Notes under the pieces: generated by a model
Told to the model about the DNA's origin: nothing
What the model saw: only the letters and a program-made list of their open reading frames with translations
Database searches by the model: none
Assembly: GCA_038496445.1 (NCBI GenBank)
Contig: JALMLS010000155.1
Location: forward strand, 1-64,000
Reading direction: 5' to 3'
Length of the DNA: 64,000 bases
Origin: Trichosphaerium sp. ATCC 40318
Taxonomy: Eukaryota; Protista; Tubulinea
Position numbers and translations under genes: made by a program
Part shown: positions 27,401-39,573 of the stretch, piece by piece
Layout of the letters: each line of letters opens with the position of its first letter
Numbering within the stretch: the first letter of the stretch is position 1

Positions 27401-27979
27401 GTGATTAATGACTTTCTTTTAGCATCTTCAGCTGTGCAAACTATTTTATCTGAACATGGCGAATTCTTGGCTTCAGAATCATCTGAATTTACGATATCAA
27501 CAACATCATACATACGCACCTCTGATACATACTTCAAAGGACCTGTTATTGACGGTAAGCTCACAACAAGACAAAACATGCAAACACTAAAAATGAAAAT
27601 AGGATACATCCACGTGTTTTTGAGCAAAAGACGAATAGTAGAGTCACCTCCACTCAAACTTGAAGATGACCGTGTTTACACAAGGATTTTGTTTCCTAAA
27701 ACACACTTTATCTTTGAACATGCACCAAATATAATCACAGAGGAAGAAAAGCTTCAAGTTCTGCCAAAGTCACTTATTGTGGCACTTGTGATTATTGTCA
27801 CATTGATATTGAATGTTGGCGCTTACACGAACAAAGCTTTTAGGCTTCTACTTACATCCACAAGTTTTTGTAGACGGAAAAAGAAAGTGTCACAAATGTA
27901 CACTTTTGCTGCAGCTGATAGACAAGTCCATGAAGGAGACTCTGCTCCTGGTAACAATATTTTTGAAAATATACAATAA
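24499..27979 (+). CDS. Large secreted/membrane protein with Cys-rich (GCC2/GCC3, ephrin-receptor-like) repeats and several TM segments
   Basis: Signal peptide MTAFLRTVALVISLSLACLA; CPEGT...CKLCPSGTYQ...SCRPCSKEQYCPGG; hydrophobic TM stretches at ~26580, ~26760 and ~27770. Confidence 0.65.
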
Positions 27980-28597
27980 ACCGAGACTTTACAAAAGAGG
28001 TTGATAATCTAGTTCTTGCTTTAGATAAAGGTTTGTTGATATTGTACTACTGCTGGTCTCGTTGTAAAAGATGTGATTCACAACAAAATTTTGCCGATGC
28101 ACGTGGCTTCCCTCGATTTGTACTTTAACTAATAAACCCACGTTTTTGTACGTTCAAATTGTATAAGTGATAATGCATATTTTGAGTGAGATTGCACGCT
28201 AATTGGTTGGTGACTGGTATGTTTCTTCATAATTACCAAAGTGGTATCTAATAGACCAAGGTACTTGAGAGAATATCGCCAAGCTATCAACGACATTGCG
28301 CAATCACTCTGATATTGCATACTGCATTGCACACAGCTCATGACTGTGAGGCTGTAATCATGAGTTTGTAGCGAATGGATTCATTTGGTGACCAGTTAGT
28401 TAAAAGTACTGCTGTTAATAACTAAATCTTAAACCAAATTGAGTCGGCTAACAAAAAAAACTCATGTTGGACTCAATGTAGCCCGTTTCTGGCAAATAAA
28501 AAAAACCAATTTAAACAACTCGCCTTTGGTAAGGCACCCATTTAATGAATCAGTCTTAAGCCAAGCTGAGTCAACTAACACAGATTTAACCTTAAAC

Positions 28598-29885
28598 GAG
28601 ACGACCTTTTAACAAAATAAAAAGAACAATATAAACTACGCCTTTGGTAACTTGCTACTCTTGATAGATGGATTTATTCATAATGACAATGATTATTCGA
28701 TAGTACTGGCAAAGTCAAAGAAAGCTTTGTGTGCTTCTTTGTACACAGGATCTTTCTTGATTTTTTTAAACAAAGAAGCAATCTTTTTAGGAAGAGCTTC
28801 CTTGTATCCAGTACCAGTAGCTTGAGCGAGAGAAACACAAAGTGCATAATCAGCCATGGATACAGAGTATCCAACCAAGAAACGTGACTTTTTGAAGTAG
28901 TTCTTCTCATAGAATGCTAACTGATCAAAAGAGTAAGCAAATGCCAAAAACAGTTTCTAAAAATACCTCAGCTTGTAGTTTATCGGTGATCTCTTTCAAC
29001 TTTTTAGGACATGGATCTCTTGGATTTGGTCCCTTCGAAACAAAGTAATTCTCAACAGCAAACTTGTTGCAGGTGTTGAAATCTTGTATGTTACCTAAGA
29101 ATAGCACTTGAGTCACGGACAACAACATCTCCTTCAGTTACAGATGGTACTTGGTGTTTTGGGTTTATTTTTAAATAAGCTTCTTGTTTATGTTCACCGT
29201 TGGCTAAATCTACAGGCTAAGAGATGGTTAGATCTCATTGTTTCGGTCCACAGCTTAGTACCTTGAGAGTTATGTCAGTGTCAGTGGCAAGAGCACCAAT
29301 ATGAGCAATACGACATGGAGCAGATAGGAAAAGGTAGTGGATAGTAGCCATTGAGGTTATGGTTTGAGATAATGATCCAAGTCATGTCAAGTCAGGAAAG
29401 ACGGAACAGTTCTTAAAAAGGAAAGTCAGCCGAGATTTTTGCTTAAAATGCCCGCAATGTAAGAATATAAATATATTCCTCGGTTTCTCTTAAATGTAAA
29501 CCGATATTAAGGATAATAGTTTACTGTAATAAATTGTCTTCAGAGGACATTAAAATGATGGGTGATCGAAAACCAAACTGGTTTTGAAAATTCAATAAAA
29601 ATAATAAAAACACCATTAAACGCTTTATAAATATTACAGATTATTGTCCGCTATGACAGATTGTAAGTTCAACATGGCTTTGAAAATTAAACTGTAAATT
29701 GTAGTTTCAGTTCTCTATTATAATGGAGTAGCCCCACTTCAATATCTATCATTAGATGCGTAGCCTTTACAAGCGTACCCAAAAACTGTATGGCTATAAG
29801 CTATAAATAGTAAAAAGGACGGTAAAGGATATATGGTGTACAAGGAACGCATGTGAAGGATTTTCAAGGAGAGACAATCAAAAAC
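28598..29885 (-). repeat. Left arm of a large inverted duplication (GST locus plus upstream region)
   Basis: Reverse complement matches 36637-38186 closely by direct inspection, apart from one internal deletion. Confidence 0.9.
28693..29351 (-). pseudogene. Glutathione S-transferase duplicate with a ~235-bp internal deletion
   Basis: Nearly identical to 37194-38095 but lacks 37463-37697 (junction ~29081), which removes exon 3 and the next acceptor. Read-through hits ATT CTT AGG TAA. Confidence 0.85.
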
Positions 29886-30089
29886 AGCAATTACGCCGAG
29901 CAATAATTGGCGTGGACATTTACCTTGAATGTTTTAGCTACAACCAATACATTATGCCAATTGTAGAGTTTTGAAAGTGATTCCAAAGTGATTTCTACAT
30001 GAGTTTTTTATCTCTTGATGTTGTAGGTGCACTTTTTGCAATTTTGTTATTTCGCAAGCGCACCTTAGATGTATTACAACCAATACTTA

Positions 30090-32064
30090 GTGAAAAGTAT
30101 AAAATGTCCCAATTCTAGGTAAAATGTCCCCACTTTTCAATTTTTAAAATGCCTCGCAGAAGTGCCGCAAAGGCTAAAAACATGGCAGAGGCCACAAAGG
30201 AAGTACTTTATAAACTAAAGAAGCGTAAACCTTCACAAACACTCTCAATTCGTCAAATTTGCATCACAGTGGCTAAAAAACACTGTGTTAAATCAGAATC
30301 ACTACGAAAGCGTGTTCAGAGGGCATTTGCAAAGGAGAATTCGGAGAATTTCAAATCTCATGGCAACCAACTTTTTACAGATTTTGAAGAAGAAATGTTG
30401 GTTGGCTACTGTTTGAGTTTTAGCGGGCGTCATATGCCTCTATCACGTGCAGCCTTGATATCTATGGCACAAAGTCTGTACAAGAAGAAGAAGTCGACCA
30501 GTATGGAAGCTTGGTGTGATGGCTTCACTGAAAGACACAATATTGAACTCAAAGCCACTGTTTCGAAGACAATTCGCCGCTGCCGTGTATCTCCTGTCAC
30601 TCTGCCATGTGTAGAAGCTTGGTGTGATGGTTTTGAGCGATTCTCAGAGATGTATTATATGAACCCAGATTTGATGTTCAATTGTGACGAAAAGTTGATA
30701 ACAGCATCAAGTGACAAGTATCAACACATTACCTTTCAAGATAGAACGATGAAAATTGCTGGGCGGCTGAACAATAACACAAGCAGCCCTCTCACGTTGA
30801 TTCCGTTTGTTTCAGCCTCTGGACGCGTACTGGTGTCAATTTATATAATGGCAGCAAAAAACAAAGGTGATGAACAAAAAGTGCATCAAATGACAGTACC
30901 CAGACCAACAAATACCCGCTCTTCATGCCCTAGATACTATATATTTCATGGTAAAGGGTATGTGACCAACGAAATTTGGCCAAAAATTCTTGATGTGTTC
31001 TTAAAGCACTTGAAAATTTTTCAAGGGGACAGGGTTGCATTTTTATTCCTTGATAGATTGGCCAGCCACATTAAAACAGAATCGTTACAAAAATGCCTTG
31101 AACAGCATGTACACACTATCACATGGGTGCCTCATACCTCACATTTCACGCAACCCTTAGATGACAAGCCATTTGCTACCCTAGCTCAGGCATATAAATT
31201 AAACAGGAAAATTACAATTGAAAGTGGCACAGAGATCAAACATAAAACACGACGTTATGACATAATGGCTGTTGCAGCTGCAGAGACCAAAGCACTGTCT
31301 CCCAAAATCTTAAAATCGGCATGGAAGTCCGTGGGCATTGTACCCTACAACAGAAAGTTGATCTTAAATCATGCTTCAAAAAATGTAGGGGTCCAACCTA
31401 AACAATCACCTTCCTTCATCACCGATACTGCTAGAAAAGCCAAAAACGCTATGGATGAGCTATACAGCCACAGCAATCAAGTAAATGCCCTAACAATCGG
31501 TTCAATGACAGTACCAAAAGGGGATGCTTATATTGCTACCCAAATGGTTGAATTAGCAAAAAAAAAAAAGATAGATAAAGAACAAGAAATTAAACACAAG
31601 GCAGAGCTAAGGCAACTCAAGAGAGATGCTAAACAAAAAAAAATTGAGGAGGAGAATGTTCGTAGAGAGGTGACAAGACAGAAAAAAGAAAAAAAAAAAC
31701 AGGAAAAAAAACTTGCCACTGCTAAGAAGAAGTACAAAAATGAATGTGAGACCTGTCAGATATGTGGCGAGCGCTTATGGAGGGGAGGATCTACGTGGGT
31801 GTGGTGTGAAGTCTGTGATCAGTATGGGTCATGCCCATGCTGCTTAAAAGAATTTGATGGAAAAAAAATGGTTGAAATGCACGAAGAAGAATGTACAGGA
31901 GGGCGATCTTTTGGTAACTGGTACTCAACGCAAATGGACACATCATGTTAAAATCAGAATAAAAAAGTATTTTTTTTAAGAGCGTAGCATCAATTTTTTG
32001 TTCAAAAAAAGTGTTGAAAAGTGGGGACATTTTACCTGTGGTTGGGACATTTTATACTTTTCAC
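30090..32064 (+). mobile_element. Intact pogo/Fot1-type DNA transposon with 51-bp TIRs and TA target-site duplication
   Basis: TIRs 30090-30140 and 32014-32064 (GTGAAAAGTATAAAATGTCCCAA...GGTAAAATGTCCCCACTTTTCAA, 4 mismatches). TA at 30088-89 and 32065-66. Confidence 0.93.
30149..31951 (+). CDS. DDE_1/CENP-B-family transposase (DD35D) with C-terminal coiled coil and PHD-like zinc finger
   Basis: Intronless 600 aa; HTH_Tnp_Tc5-like FTDFEEEMLVGY...W..GF..RH; triad NCDE / FLDRLASH / QPLD with 35 residues between D2 and D3; CQIC...WVWCEVC...CPCC. Confidence 0.92.
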   Translation: MPRRSAAKAKNMAEATKEVLYKLKKRKPSQTLSIRQICITVAKKHCVKSESLRKRVQRAFAKENSENFKSHGNQLFTDFEEEMLVGYCLSFSGRHMPLSRAALISMAQSLYKKKKSTSMEAWCDGFTERHNIELKATVSKTIRRCRVSPVTLPCVEAWCDGFERFSEMYYMNPDLMFNCDEKLITASSDKYQHITFQDRTMKIAGRLNNNTSSPLTLIPFVSASGRVLVSIYIMAAKNKGDEQKVHQMTVPRPTNTRSSCPRYYIFHGKGYVTNEIWPKILDVFLKHLKIFQGDRVAFLFLDRLASHIKTESLQKCLEQHVHTITWVPHTSHFTQPLDDKPFATLAQAYKLNRKITIESGTEIKHKTRRYDIMAVAAAETKALSPKILKSAWKSVGIVPYNRKLILNHASKNVGVQPKQSPSFITDTARKAKNAMDELYSHSNQVNALTIGSMTVPKGDAYIATQMVELAKKKKIDKEQEIKHKAELRQLKRDAKQKKIEEENVRREVTRQKKEKKKQEKKLATAKKKYKNECETCQICGERLWRGGSTWVWCEVCDQYGSCPCCLKEFDGKKMVEMHEEECTGGRSFGNWYSTQMDTSC

Positions 32065-32837
32065 TAACTGATGCTTTGAGGAAAAAAAGCGCTTAGAAAT
32101 CGCTTTGGAATCACTTTCAAACCGCTTTCCAAGTGATTCTAGAGCGTTTCTACCAAGGCGTTATGAAGCGAAAATAAGCGCTTTCAAATCACTTTCGAAT
32201 CACTTGGAAAGTGCTCGTTATGCACAGAAAACCGTCTTGAGTTGCTGTAGCACAAGCAAGGAGCACTTCCAACAGACAGAAACTACGAAAGTCGTGTATA
32301 CAACGCTAAATGAAAGAAAATCAAATCACCGTATCAGGAACCACTTGTGTCTCAGTGACACTTCTCATTCTTTCTATGTCACTTTTTGAAACAAGAACAG
32401 TTGCTCACTGCAATGCTCTTGGAAACCAACCAAAATTTCTTGCTTCAACTGTGTTAAGATGTGGTTGTCCAGGGCAATCTACTTACCAGTAAAAACACGG
32501 AATGTTTCAGAATATTTCGTGTTTTTTTCGGAATCAATTCATTTGATTCTGTACATCTCCTTAATTAAAAGAAAGTAGTGACTGTGTAAGGAGTAAATAA
32601 TGTAACTTAATGTACACAAGCTCACTTAGAGCAGAATAAACTAGTTAATATCACGTGACGGTTTTAGTCTTTACAACTGGTGTTCAAAAAGAAGCCAACA
32701 ACTGGTGAATGTTCACTGAATGCACATACTGGTAAATTGCGGACCGGTTACTGACCGAAAACCGATATCTTGAAACCGGACCGGTATTTTCCACCTTTAG
32801 TCAACGTCTTTAATAGCGTTGGTATTTGGAAACACAC

Positions 32838-34432
32838 ATGTCATTGAATAACCTACCCGATGAGCTGTCTTTAGAGATAATATTTCGTATTGGTTATCCA
32901 AAAAGTATACTGTCTTTTGCGACTTGCTCTCAATACTGGTAAAGTTTTTAATCCGCGTCAGAGAGTCCAAACGCCGAAAATGGCTAATGTTTTTCAAAAG
33001 GCACTCACTTTGCGGCGATGACGTTGTTTGGAGGCATTTATGTTGTACTCTATGGCAAGTACTAGAAAAATCGCCACCTCCAGGCAAGATAGACACTGGT
33101 GAAAGCCTAAAAAGCGAAGAACAAAAAAACAATGAAATGGAGACGTGGAACGAGTACTTTAAGCGTTGTTTCCTATTCAACACGTATTTCGAAGGTCTGT
33201 CAGCTCAAACTGGTGGATGGAAGCCGTATCCAGGTGCGTACAATCCGTTTACATTAACATCTGTGTTAGCTAACTTTATTGTTCTTCTTCGTAGTGGCTA
33301 CGTACTTTAAGAGGTTAACAAGGCAAGCTGACAATGTTGACAAAGGAATTCCATTCAAAGGTTAGTTGTAAACCTTACACTTAGCTTCGCAAGATGTTTT
33401 TTACCTTCTGAAGATGTCATTCATTTACTCACGTGATTTTAGGCTTCCTTTTTTGGCCTTACTTTAGACGAGCTCATAATACTATTGGTATATGTGCTGG
33501 TATGACAACCATGGTTGGTGAGTTCAACGAACATAAAATCATAAGGTACTGCATTGGAAGAAAGCTCATTGGTGTTTGAAATCACGTTTTTCCTAAAACT
33601 CGTTTTAAATTGTTTTTAGAGTGACTGAAGTATCGAAAATATGTGGAGCAGCGTTACGTGTTGGTGGTAAATATGTATTGATGCCATTTCTACGATGTAA
33701 TTGTATTCTTGGTTACTGGGAAGGACGATATTCTGAGGAAAAATACAATTACTTTTACTTGGTAATGACAGGTACAACTTTACTTGTTACACTGATGATA
33801 CATGGCCTCTAACTCTCTATTTTCATTATAGATATTTCATATGATCTAGGACCTCTTAGTGTATGTCATATACCCTTTTATCAAGGCTCTTACTAATATT
33901 TCTTAGTCTATTGTACCTGTTGCTAAAAATATCATGAACCTAAACATACAGGTACAAACCCTCACCTCGTTTCAACTTGATTGTTAACCGAGCTATACAG
34001 TACTCTGGAACCGTCTTGTGCACGATATCTGATGCTCCCAAGGCATTACCAATGACAGTTACTATCCGTAATGTATCTTCGACTAGATCTGGGAGTATAC
34101 CACTGCTTGGAAAAGCATCACCACTTATTACTGTCAATGACTTAGGGACAGTGTCTGTCACTATTAATGTTGATGGTAAAGAGACCCAGTATGATGGTTC
34201 TTTCTTCTCTATGCATGATAAGCTGTGGAATGATCATAAAGTACATCGTTATGTTCGCGATACTAAGGATAAGCCTCTAGAGTATGGTATGCTTTTTGAA
34301 GAGTCTGATGGTAAGTACTCCATGTTTAGTATAAGAGGTGATTGTATGTTCGGTAATCTACATGATAATGATAGCTTTTATTTACAACATAAGCGTAACT
34401 ATCATCAAAAGATTAGAGAGATATATATGTAA
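32838..34432 (+). CDS. F-box protein, multi-exon
   Basis: MSLNNLPDELSLEIIFRIGYPKSILSFATCSQYW|HSLCGDDVVWRHLC is a canonical F-box. Confidence 0.8.
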
Positions 34433-34834
34433 TACAATACAATAATAATAAGTCGTACTTTCTTTGATGTTGGCGTACATTGTAATATCTCATAGCTTTT
34501 TTCTAAGCAACATTGTATTCAAGCAACCTCAGTTTAAGGGTAACTGAATCACAAACAGGACCTACCTCTACAGGGTTTGTTTGTGTTCTTAGTCTTAATC
34601 ACGACTAGAAACGGAAACAGTCAATAAAAGTGATTATCACGTGGGGATAAGCAAACTTGCGGTTTATACTTTTCTTCTCCGTGTGTTGAACAAAATTTAT
34701 CTTCAACCTTTTTTGCCTTGTGTCCTGATGCGTCATTGACCCGGAGTGTTTGTGTACGTTTTTTAGGAGTTGAGAAAGAAACGACTTCCACACTAGAAAA
34801 GTAGCATATCTTCCTTTTATTTCATCCGCCAACA

Positions 34835-35373
34835 ATGCTAACAGACTGTATTAACGAAGTATCTAGTAATAGCGATATAAACGCTGAGCTATTAGACATA
34901 CCAAACGAGATACTCGCTCACTTATTCAATGCTTGCGGCGCTATGATCGATTTTCTGTTTCCCAAAGCTGCAACCGACTATATGAAGTTATACATAATCA
35001 CGTGGGATACAAGAGAATTAATATACCCGCATATGAAGCAACTTCTCATTGTTCACGTCTTTGTGGCAGTCCATTATTAAAAAATACAAATATAAGCGTC
35101 CAGTCACCTTCAGACTCAGATCTTAGTATGCTTTCAGGTGCCCTACACCTTACACTTAAGTTTAGAACCAAGAGTATCTTGCTAACAGATGACGGATTGA
35201 AGTCTATTTGTGGTGTACATCACTTATCATTAAAGAACTGTAACAGTGTCACAGACACAGGATTAATGCCGCTAGTGGGCACACCTCCAGTCCATCCACT
35301 TGTATGGCGTTCCATGAGGTGTCAGCTCTATTTTGTAACAATAAGGCTATTTGCACAGTTAACTAGTATGTAA
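34835..35373 (+). pseudogene. F-box/LRR gene, frameshifted and apparently truncated
   Basis: F-box LLDIPNEILAHLFNAC continues as RYDRFSVSQSCNRLYEVI only after a 1-nt shift at 34937-38. LRR-like TDDGLKSICGVHHLSLKNCNSVTDTGL ends next to a dispersed repeat. Confidence 0.65.
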
Positions 35374-36636
35374 CCTATCACAGTGATATGTTCCTGTGGA
35401 GCCCTAAAGTGATTGCCGAAAGTCTTGCGCGTGCTATTTGAAAAGTTAAATGAGCTTTTTCAGGTAGGAACGATAAACAGATTCAAACTGCTTGGTATCT
35501 CTTAACTATGTTTTACGAAGACAAGTATGTTGATATTTTTTTTTGGCAGTTCGTAATGTAGAGCACAAGCACTAATAAATACGTAATAATAACCAACCGA
35601 AGAGCTAAGTGATGTAGCGTTTTATGTAGTGATACTTTACAATCTAGATGTCAACAATTACCAAGAACACGGTTGATGTCTAAGCACACCTGTACACTGA
35701 TTGAGTACTGTCTGATGAAAGCTCACTTGCACAGTCATTACATTTTTACCATCTTGAGTATGCGATCCACTTACTTTCCTCAATCTTTCGCCACCAATGA
35801 CCTAAGTATAAAATAAAGTCACCACGTGATTTCAAGTTTCTAAAAAAACTAGTGTATTTTTTGGGCAGCTTCCCCAACAATCACTACAATATATAATCAG
35901 ATATACGCTCTAAACAGCACTTAATTACATTTACTAAGAGTTAATTGGTCAATACCTCCATCTTCGTCTGAAAAAAAGTTTGTACTTTTTCAACACCATT
36001 TGAATACAGCTACTTCTTCACAAAGGACAGAACAAAATATGGCTATAAGAAGTAAACTAACGACTTGTAGGAAGTGTTGTGTCATCTTGGGTTTCTGATG
36101 ATGAGACCAGTTACCTTGAAATTATCCGATATTGTACTACCATTGGTTTTGTTGTAAAAAGATGTAATTGATTCACAACCATTCCGCCGGTGCACGGCTA
36201 GTGTTGTGGAAAGCTGGATTTAACACCCTTGAATTAGTGACGAGAACTTTTAATAAAACCCTATTGTTGAACAGCAAACTCAAACCGTTTAATTTGCACA
36301 TTTTTGAAAAAACTGAGTCATGCGTGAGACTATGACGAATAGCATTCTATACTCAAAAAGCAATACAATAGCAACGGTAATTCTCTTACAGCCTAAGGGT
36401 TTATCCTGTTCTTGCTAGATGTAGTGCAACCCTGAGAACACAGCATCAGAACCTACATATTAACCAGCTTAGGCGTTACATAGTTTTTGAAGTTGCCTGA
36501 GACATTTATCACGCAAAAGGCTTAAAAACTCTATTAGATGCGCAGAAAATGCTAACCCAACTCGTTTATCAAGATTTTTCACACACTGGCAACGGATGAC
36601 TTCATGACACGTCCACGGTTATTATTGCCTGGCCAG

Positions 36637-38186
36637 AACTGTTTTCTTGATTATCTCTTACCTTGTACCACTCCTTCACATGCGTTCCCTGTACACCACA
36701 TATCCTTTACCGTCCTTTTTTCTATTTATAACTTTGTAGCCATACAGTTGGGTACGCCTGTAAAGGCTACGCTTCTAATGATAGATATTGAAGTGGGATG
36801 TGATAGCGGGTGTACTGTAAATTTATAGCTTCAGTTCTTTTATTATAACGGAGTCTCTAATGAGTTTGTGTAACTAAATATTTGTAATTAGCGGACAGGA
36901 CAATAATTTGTAATATTTATAAAGCGTTTAATGATGTTTTTTTATTTTATTGAATTTTCAAAACCAGTTTGGTTTTCGATCACCCATCATTTTAATGTCC
37001 TCCGAAGACAATGTATTACAATAAACTATTATCCTTAATATCGGTTTACATTTAACAGAAACCGAGGAATATATTTATATTCTTACATTGCGGGCATTTT
37101 AAGCAAAAATCTCGGCTGACTTTCCTTTTTAAGAACTGTTCCGTCTTTCCTGACTTGACATGACTTGGATCATTATCTCAAACCATAACCTCAATGGCTA
37201 CTATCCACTACCTTTTCCTATCTGCTCCATGTCGTATTGCTCATATTGGTGCTCTTGCCACTGGCACTGACGTAACTCTCAAGGTACTAAGCTGTGACCG
37301 AAACAATGAGATCTAACCATCTCTTAGCCTGTAGATTTAGCCAACGGTGAACATAAACAAGAAGCTTATTTGAAAATAAACCCAAAACACCAAGTACCAT
37401 CTGTAACTGAAGGAGATGTTGTTGTCCGTGACTCAAGTGCTATTCTTAGGTAACATACAAGAACACATTTCCTCTGCAAAGACAAAATAATTTTAATGCT
37501 TACACCCTAAAAATAGGTATTTTAGTATTCAGAATCCGTCACCTATTTACCCTATAAACAATGCAGTAGCACTGGCTCCAGTACGTTTACAAACTTTTAT
37601 GAATGAATTGATCAAAACACAATATCACGTTTTGTGAAACGATAATTAAGTTGTTTTTTAGATCGACTCTGCATATGAATCTATTCGTAGTGATATCTTC
37701 AACACCTGCAACAAGTTTGCTGTTGAGAATTACTTTGTTTCAAAGGGACCAAATCCAAGAGATCCATGTCCTAAAAAGCTGAAAGAGATCACCGATAAAC
37801 TACAAGCTGAGGTATTTTTAGCAACTGTTTTTTTGCGTTTTCTGCATTTGCTTACTCTTTTGATTAGTTAGCATTCTATGAGAAGAACTACTTCAAGAAG
37901 TCACGTTTCTTGGTTGGATACTCTGTATCCATGGCTGATTATGCACTTTGTGTTTCTCTCGCTCAAGCTACTGGTACTGGATACAAGGAAGCTCTTCCTA
38001 AAAAGATTGCTTCTTTGTTCAAAAAAATCAAGAAAGATCCTGTGTACAAAGAAGCACACAAAGCTTTCTTTGACTTTGCCAGCACTATCGAATAATCATT
38101 GTCATTATGAATAAATACATCTATCAAGAGTAGCAAGTTACCAAAGGCGTTGTGTATTGTTCTTTTTATTTTGTAAAAGGTCGTCT
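36637..38186 (+). repeat. Right arm of the inverted duplication
   Basis: Inverted match to 28598-29885. Confidence 0.9.
37194..38095 (+). CDS. Glutathione S-transferase (theta/delta-like), intact copy
   Basis: MATIHYLFLSAPCRIA...VDLANGEHKQEAYLKINPKHQVPSVTEGDVVVRDSSAIL; C-terminal FLVGYSVSMADY. Confidence 0.9.
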
Positions 38187-39108
38187 AGTTTGCCAGAAAG
38201 GTTTTATTATTATTTGACTCAAACCGCGTAAGACTGACGCACTAACTAACTAACTGTACGCCAAGTGAGCTTCATAACAACATTGACACGTCGCACTGCT
38301 TTCCAGTACGCTAAAGCTATTCTCTCAGCTAAACTACAAACAAGCAAATAATCAAAACAACCATTCGCAAGAACAGTTATTGAAGAGGATTTTGTTTGGT
38401 TACAATACCTTATAAACTGTAGAGCGTCAGGATTTAATTAGAAATATGTTGAGTTAGTAATAAAGCTTTTGGTGTTTCGTGAGAATATGTAACTGCTACA
38501 GTAACCTATCACAGTGATGTGATACTGGAGCGCTGAGAGTGATTGAGGAAAGTCTTGCTACTGATACAGTGTTTGAGAAGTAAGTTAAAACCATTCACTT
38601 ACAGCGAAACTTCTGTGATTAGGCAATGCGCAAGAAATTCACTACCAAACAGTACTGGCAAATTGTAAAGTCGCATACTTTATTTCTACAACAAAAGTCA
38701 CGTGATTCAAAAACACTTTTATTGCTAATGCACAAATTACTCAAGTCTTCTCAAACATCCGTGCAGGTGAATACTATATGCAATGGGCCTAAAAGCGATA
38801 AAGTTTACTACTGTTGTCATAACGTAATGTCCAGGCACTAGCTACAAGCAAAATAAAACTGTTGATACTACGGAAGGTTGTATGCTGCTGGTGATTCTTT
38901 TTTAAACGTTTTCAACGAGTCTTGCGTAAGAACTACCAAACCAAGGACAAAATACGGGAGAAGAGCCATAAAAGAGTTTTGAGGCACCGGTAAAACTCTT
39001 GTGAATCATTGGTTCTTTCTTCATCAGAAAAATCATCTCGGAAAAAAAATCACAAGCAGTACACAAACCCGGATAAAAACAACATTCATTCAAAACCAAG
39101 ATACAAAC

Positions 39109-39573
39109 ATGACAACTCAACACCTCTACTTACCAATTCTTGCCGTACTGCTCACTTCGTTCGTGTGCTATGTCTCATGTGAAGACGAAGCGAACTGTGT
39201 TTTCAGTTGGTGCTCTAAAAAGTACAAACAATATGCGAAAGATGGTACGAACCACTTTCTCCTAAAAGCCTGCCGTACTAAAAGTCTATCTTTAGTTCTA
39301 ATAACTGACACCGTGTTTTGTTCTGATATTTGGGGTAGCTGTCCAGCAGACACTTTAAAAGACGTAAGTGCCAGACCACGCTTTTAGTTTGTTTTCAAAA
39401 CTGCTATTCATCACGTGACATTATCAAAGGGCGACGATGGCAAATTGAAGAAAATAAGCGGATCTAGAAAATGTAAACGTTGTAACAAGCGTTCTGACAA
39501 TGGTAACAAGTGCAACAATTACTCTGTAGACATGTCAGGTGATTTCGGTCAATCAGTTTACAGATGCAACTAA
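39109..39573 (+). CDS. Small secreted cysteine-rich protein, 3 exons
   Basis: Signal peptide MTTQHLYLPILAVLLTSFVCYVSC; 8 Cys in the mature part after in-frame splicing. Confidence 0.6.

Noticed and set aside
36700-36710. ATATCCTTT U12-like donor upstream of GST (and its inverted copy near 29823)
   Set aside because: No flanking coding exons or matching branch point and AC acceptor; it lies in duplicated upstream DNA.
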